Source of the DNA: Gammaproteobacteria bacterium
Lineage (GTDB): Bacteria; Pseudomonadota; Gammaproteobacteria; Eutrophobiales; Eutrophobiaceae
DNA: 64,000 nt
Assembly (NCBI GenBank): GCA_965221695.1
Contig: OZ244905.1
Location: forward strand, 640,001 to 704,000
Reading direction: 5' to 3'
Part shown: positions 59,445-64,000 of the stretch, one piece after another
Layout: every line of letters begins with the position of its first letter
Position numbering within the stretch: position 1 is the first letter of the stretch
The notes under the pieces: generated by a model
Seen by the model: only the letters and a program-made list of their open reading frames with translations
What the model was told of the DNA's origin: nothing
Database searches by the model: none
Translations under genes and position numbers: made by a program

Positions 59445-60808
59445 TAACGCTTGTATATTTCTCTGGCAGTCTCGGAGATCGGGCACACGCCTACGGTGGC
59501 CTTCACTTCGGTCTGTATATGGCGTTCCACCACCGGCTTGTTCGAACCACCGTCCGGCTCGCCCCAGACTATGGTTACTTCCGTTCCCGGCGCCGCAACG
59601 GTCTCATCGACCATCGCAAGGGATATCCAACGGCGGAAATTTGACGTATATACGGGATAGCAGGAAATTCCGACGTTATTGCCATTTTTCGTCACCATGT
59701 CATAGGGATAGGTGGCGTAGTGGGATGCGGGGATATCCATGAATTTATAGCGGTCCCCTTCATTGAACAGTGACGCAAATATACGGATGACATCATCATT
59801 GTTCCACGACAGTGTGACCTTGTGCCGGTGTGGTTGGTCCTTCTTTTCCAACAGCGCATCACGGCCGATGAAGTCATGGTCGAAATTTACGATATGGCCG
59901 TAGCCCAGGTCATAGGGCGTCAGGTAATAATCCTCCACGTTGTCGGACACCATGCTGCCGCCCAGCGAGGCGCTGGCTTCGAAACCGTCAGCCGGCAGCC
60001 ACTCACGGTACGGTTTCATTTTGTCCCCCGAATAGATGGCTGGAAGCTCCGACGGGATCCAGCCCGACTCATGGGCCACCGTCGAGTACGTCCTGGCCCC
60101 GCCGGCGAGCAGGCCAAGGTCCTTGCCTGCCTCGAAAATCGCGGCCCTGATCTCTTCCGCCTGTTCCATCGGACCGAACAGTTCCAGTCCCGGCGCGCCG
60201 GCCATGCCGTGTCTCAGACAACGCACCGGGAGGCCCGCCACCTTGATCTCACCCATATTGAAAAATTTTATCTCGGGCAACGGCCCGCCGTTCGCTATTG
60301 CCAGGATGTCCAGCGCGTTGGGTCCCTGCACCTCAAAACGGTAACCCTTGCGCTGCCCCGTGTTGGTCACACTGCGATGGTCCACATTCACGGTAACATC
60401 ATAGCCCCCGGTCTCGGCATGAAACTGTACCCAGTTGCCGGCATTGGGGCGGTTGACGATATTGATTTTTTCATCTTCCAGGCCAAACAGGATGGAATCG
60501 CCGATAACGTAGCCGTCGTAATTACAGACGACAATCTGTTTCGCCTTGTTACGGCCAAAGTTCTTGAATGTATTGATACCGAGATCGGATACCAGGCGTT
60601 TTACATCGGGGCCTTCCATGTAATGGTCGGTCATATGAAAGGACTGGTCGAAAAAGACTGCCGTGTTGCGCCAGGATTCCTGCTCATCACGCCAGTTGGT
60701 GAATTCGCTCCGAATCGGAAACACATAGGGACCCAGTTGCGCATTACGCAACATGTGAACCGGGTTGCCGTGTTCCAGGATCTTATCTTCGAGTGACTTA
60801 TGAGGCAT
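59444..60808 (-). CDS. Tetrahydrofolate-dependent aryl O-demethylase (LigM/DesA family)
   Basis: MLRNAQLGPYVFP, EFTNWRDEQ, FDQSFHM, YRFEVQGP, LRHGMAG, ESGWIPS and FDHDFIGR. Confidence 0.88.
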   Translation of the reverse strand: MPHKSLEDKILEHGNPVHMLRNAQLGPYVFPIRSEFTNWRDEQESWRNTAVFFDQSFHMTDHYMEGPDVKRLVSDLGINTFKNFGRNKAKQIVVCNYDGYVIGDSILFGLEDEKINIVNRPNAGNWVQFHAETGGYDVTVNVDHRSVTNTGQRKGYRFEVQGPNALDILAIANGGPLPEIKFFNMGEIKVAGLPVRCLRHGMAGAPGLELFGPMEQAEEIRAAIFEAGKDLGLLAGGARTYSTVAHESGWIPSELPAIYSGDKMKPYREWLPADGFEASASLGGSMVSDNVEDYYLTPYDLGYGHIVNFDHDFIGRDALLEKKDQPHRHKVTLSWNNDDVIRIFASLFNEGDRYKFMDIPASHYATYPYDMVTKNGNNVGISCYPVYTSNFRRWISLAMVDETVAAPGTEVTIVWGEPDGGSNKPVVERHIQTEVKATVGVCPISETAREIYKR

Positions 60809-60829
60809 CTTGTAGTACTCCTGAACCCG

Positions 60830-61501
60830 TTATTTACGCAACATCGCGATCACTTCCTCTGTCGTGCGCACATCCCCGAAACTCTGATAAAACGACGTCA
60901 ACCCGACCAGGTGATCTTCGTCATAGCGCGCCGCGTTGGCATCTATCACCATCACCACCTTATAGTCGAGCATCATCGCATCCCTGGCCGTGGACTCGCT
61001 GCACATATTGGTGGCAGTGCCGACAACGATGAGATTTTCTATGCCCTGCGCCTGCAGACGGTCGTGCAAATCGCTGGAACCCTGGACGAAAGGACTGAAA
61101 CGGGTTTTGTGCGCATGCTCGTCACCCTCCCTGACGTCAAGCTCCGGGTACAATTCATGCTGTTTCGTTCCCTCGGTCAGACCATCCTTGTGATTTTTGC
61201 CCTTTGCCTCGGTAAAAAAGTAGTCGTGATACAGTGACCATTTGCTCGGCGCTTCCAGGCTATCCGCCACCGTCATGACCACCCAGTACACTTTCGCGCC
61301 AACCTGCCGTACCGCATCGGCCAGCTTGTTGATATTGGGCACGATACCTTTTGCCGTATCGACCTCGGCAACATAAAAATTCTGCATATCGATAACCAGT
61401 AACGCGGTCTTTTCGGGATCGAAATGATCGAACACCTCGCGCTTGCCGCGCTTGGCCATGATCCTGTCTATAACGTATTCCGGTATTTCTACCTGGTGCA
61501 T
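60830..61501 (-). CDS. Isochorismatase-family cysteine hydrolase (RutB/NicF-like)
   Basis: TALLVIDMQN, KTRFS and GTATNMCSESTARDA triad. Confidence 0.88.
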   Translation of the reverse strand: MHQVEIPEYVIDRIMAKRGKREVFDHFDPEKTALLVIDMQNFYVAEVDTAKGIVPNINKLADAVRQVGAKVYWVVMTVADSLEAPSKWSLYHDYFFTEAKGKNHKDGLTEGTKQHELYPELDVREGDEHAHKTRFSPFVQGSSDLHDRLQAQGIENLIVVGTATNMCSESTARDAMMLDYKVVMVIDANAARYDEDHLVGLTSFYQSFGDVRTTEEVIAMLRK

Positions 61502-61557
61502 TTAACTGCCTCCGACTGTGAGTTCCACCCGTTGTCAACTCGCTGTTTGAAGTTTAA

Positions 61558-61692
61558 GGAAGCTCTGAACAAGTCCATCCTGGACTTGTCAGAGCACGCA
61601 CAACAAAAATGCGATTTTTGTTGTGCTCTCTAATTCAATGACTGATCGTCATCGAATTTGGCGATACATCCCTGTATCGCAGGAACCTCTGA
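61558..61692. mobile_element. 150-bp MITE, copy 4 (truncated in the last hairpin)
   Basis: TTAA-GGAAGCTCTGAACAAGTCC...GGAACCTCTGA; colinear with copy 3. Confidence 0.85.
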
Positions 61693-61922
61693 AATTGCCA
61701 TCCTGGTTTAGAGGGCGCCCTTATGTTCCGCATTTGTTCCGTGATTGAAATAGTATCGGCAATAATGATAGCATACAAAACTTACCACTAGTGGGACTAT
61801 AGTGGGAGACAAAAGTGGGATGAACTTTTCTCCTGACAACTCATCCGGGGGCATGTGCTTCCCTCTCGCTTGCGCAATAGCAAGCATAGTGGGATATTGT
61901 TTTGAATCTGGAAGCAGCAGAT

Positions 61923-62411
61923 ATGGGTAAGGTTGAATCCAGGTTGGCAGAGCTTGGTCTTACGCTACCCACCCCGCTACAATTACCGAGCAACAACCGC
62001 ACCAGCGGCGTCAGGGTCGGAAACGTTCTCTACCTGTCCGGGCATGGAGCAGACTTGCTTGACACCGATGTGGTAAAAAAACGGGGCAAAATCGGCGCTG
62101 AACTGACGCAAGAGGAAGGTTATGCCACGGCCCGCGCGCTTGCCCTGAAGATGCTGGCCACCGTCAAACATCACGTGGGGGAACTGGACCGGGTGAAGCG
62201 CGTGGTGAAAATACTGGGCATGATCAACGCCGTCCCCGAGTTTGAACACCATAACAAGGTGCTGAACGGCGCATCAGACCTGCTGTTTGAGGTCTTCGGG
62301 CCGGAGGTGGGATGCCACGCCCGCTCTTCAGTGGGCGTCAGCGGTCTGGTTGCCAACCAATGCGTGGAAATTGAAGGAATCTTTGAAATTGATGACGCAA
62401 GGCGAAAATAA
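61923..62411 (+). CDS. RidA family protein
   Basis: ESRLAELGLTLP, LYLSGHG, LNGASDL, HARSSVG and VEIE. Confidence 0.88.
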   Translation: MGKVESRLAELGLTLPTPLQLPSNNRTSGVRVGNVLYLSGHGADLLDTDVVKKRGKIGAELTQEEGYATARALALKMLATVKHHVGELDRVKRVVKILGMINAVPEFEHHNKVLNGASDLLFEVFGPEVGCHARSSVGVSGLVANQCVEIEGIFEIDDARRK

Positions 62412-62414
62412 GCC

Positions 62415-63509
62415 ATGACAACAGAAGCAACCGCAGCAGTGCTGCATGAAGTCGGGGGGGAGTTCAGGTTACAGGACGTATCCCTCGGCGATTTGCACGC
62501 AGACGAGGCGCTGGTCCGGGTTCAGGCCAGCGGTATCTGCCACACGGATATCAGTTCGCAGGGCCTGATGCAACTCCCAGCCGTCCTCGGACATGAAGGG
62601 GCGGGCATCGTTGAGGATATCGGCAGCGGCGTGACCTCACTCAAACCCGGCGACCGGGTCGTCATTTCCTACGGTTTCTGCAACAACTGCCCAAACTGTC
62701 ACGAAGGCAGGCCGTTCATCTGCGACAACAGTGTGCAGACGAACTTCGGCGGCTCGCGCTTGGATGGCTCACATACAATGACCCTGGATGGAAAGCCGAT
62801 CACAGCCTCTTTTTTTCAGCAATCCTCATTTGCAACCCGGGTCATCACACAGGCGCGCAATACTGTGAGGATAGAAGCCGACATTCAACCACACCTGCTT
62901 GCGCCCCTGGGCTGTGGGATTATGACCGGCGCCGGCGCGGTCCTGAATACGCTGGAAGTGCCTGCCGGCAACAGTTTCGTCGTTTTTGGCGCCGGCGCGG
63001 TCGGGCTCAGCGCAGTGATGGCCGCCAGGATCAGCGGCGCATTCCCCATCATTGCCGTGGACGTGAAACCAGCCCGCCTGGAACTGGCGGAAGAACTGGG
63101 CGCGACCCACTGTATCGATGCAAGCGATGGCGATACCGTTGCCAGGATACAGGAGATAACCGGGCGCGGCGCTGCGTTCTGCCTGGAGACCTCAGGGAAC
63201 GAAGCAGCGCTCAACAACGCGATTGACTGCCTGATGATGGCCGGGCAATGCGGCATGGTCACCGTGCCTCATTACGGTGAGAAATACCCGTTCACACCGT
63301 TTGGTGTATTTGTAAAAGCCGCCAGCTTACAGGGGATTTTTTTTGGATCTACCGTGCCCAATACTTTTCTGAGACAAATCCTGGATTTCCACCAGCAAGG
63401 TCTATTTCCCTATGACAGGTTAATCAAAACCTATCCGTTTGCGGATATCAACCGTGCGATGGAGGAAACACATTCTGGCGATGTCATCAAGCCGGTGCTG
63501 TTGATGTAG
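62415..63509 (+). CDS. Zn-dependent aryl-alcohol dehydrogenase
   Basis: CHTD, GHEG, structural Zn cysteines, PLGCGIMTGAG and IKPVL; paralog of 35492-36592. Confidence 0.9.
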   Translation: MTTEATAAVLHEVGGEFRLQDVSLGDLHADEALVRVQASGICHTDISSQGLMQLPAVLGHEGAGIVEDIGSGVTSLKPGDRVVISYGFCNNCPNCHEGRPFICDNSVQTNFGGSRLDGSHTMTLDGKPITASFFQQSSFATRVITQARNTVRIEADIQPHLLAPLGCGIMTGAGAVLNTLEVPAGNSFVVFGAGAVGLSAVMAARISGAFPIIAVDVKPARLELAEELGATHCIDASDGDTVARIQEITGRGAAFCLETSGNEAALNNAIDCLMMAGQCGMVTVPHYGEKYPFTPFGVFVKAASLQGIFFGSTVPNTFLRQILDFHQQGLFPYDRLIKTYPFADINRAMEETHSGDVIKPVLLM

Positions 63510-63528
63510 CAGACATGCGCCCCACCCT

Positions 63529-63728
63529 ATTCCCGTGGAAACGGGAATCCAGTGAGACAAAGAGTCGCCCTTCGGGCGACACTGTATTCGACTGGACTCC
63601 CACTTCCGTGGGAGTGGTTCGGTTGCGGGGTACGCGTGAGTGGTATGGTGGCCGGGTTTGCAGGAGTGGTTCAGTGGCGATGTTCATGCAATCGCCCCAT
63701 CCCATTCCCGCGAAAGCGGGAATCCAGT
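63529..63728. repeat. Cluster of three REP-like palindromes with a central GTCGCCC hairpin
   Basis: ATTCCCGTGGAAACGGGAATCCAGT; GTCGCCC-ttc-GGGCGAC; CTGGACTCCCACTTCCGTGGGAGTGG; CATTCCCGCGAAAGCGGGAATCCAGT. Confidence 0.8.
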
Positions 63729-63789
63729 AAAACAATGGCAAGCGCTGGCGGATATTATCAGATAGAATAGCTGCTGAGGAGGACATGAC

Positions 63790-64000
63790 ATGTTGCCTGC
63801 AATTACTCGCGTACAGGAACTGAACCCGGCCAGGCTGGGGATACTGTTCAAGAAAGAATTTGAGCTTTGCAATGTAAACCAGGGCGAGACCGTGATGCTG
63901 CTCAGTGATCTTGCGACCCGGCGTGAATATATCGAAGCGGCGTTCGCGGCGGCTGAAGACCTGGGCGCTGACGTGTACGAAATGTGCGTCAACTCCATAC
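63790..64000 (+). CDS. 2,5-dihydroxypyridine 5,6-dioxygenase (NicX)-like / M29 family protein, 5' part only
   Basis: RBS GAGGAGG. My translation MLPAITRVQELNPARLGILFKKEFELCNVNQGETVMLLSDLATRREYIEAAFAAAEDLGADVYEMCV runs off the window end. Confidence 0.6.
   Translation, partial: MLPAITRVQELNPARLGILFKKEFELCNVNQGETVMLLSDLATRREYIEAAFAAAEDLGADVYEMCVNSI

Noticed and set aside
61790-61820. MraZ-binding boxes
   Set aside because: Spacing is 11 and 13 bp rather than a strict 10, and there is no mraZ/dcw cluster; kept only as a generic motif.
63529-63728. Possible CRISPR array
   Set aside because: Repeats alternate in orientation, are degenerate and irregularly spaced, and no cas genes are present; they are REP-like.

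Overview
64-kb chromosomal window from a Gram-negative bacterium, probably a gammaproteobacterium (inferred from gene content). It holds no rRNA, tRNA, CRISPR array or transposase. (1) 0.1-8.4 kb is a compact nitrite-reduction module: an AlgE-like porin, a TonB-dependent heme-type receptor, a cytochrome cd1 NirS with an extra N-terminal cytochrome c domain, and a DNR/NnrR-type regulator. It has two FNR/DNR boxes and no heme d1 biosynthesis genes. (2) 8.6-36.6 kb is a catabolic region tied together by a shared TTGT-N3-ACAA operator: 2 TonB receptors, 2 arylsulfatases, an aryl-sulfate sulfotransferase, a dihydroxybenzoate decarboxylase, TPP-dependent E1 alpha/beta with a stand-alone lipoyl domain, an SpdH-like amine dehydrogenase, a class III aminotransferase, ALDH, ADH, MFS and GntR. 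(3) 37.5-46.9 kb holds a flavin monooxygenase, a secreted HTHP and a complete protocatechuate/gallate 4,5-cleavage (lig) cluster. (4) AT-rich toxin-antitoxin islets are scattered through the window, mostly with the toxin deleted, plus a DUF3800 gene. (5) 49.8-64 kb is a second uncharacterised catabolic region: an HTH-methyltransferase-like regulator, tandem COG1233 flavoproteins, GST, a BNR propeller, a TonB receptor, a LigM/DesA-type demethylase, isochorismatase, RidA, ADH and a NicX-like dioxygenase. Intergenic DNA carries at least three repeat families: a 150-bp five-hairpin MITE with compensatory base changes, a 269-bp MITE, and REP-like palindromes. All calls come from motif recognition by eye; no database searches were run.
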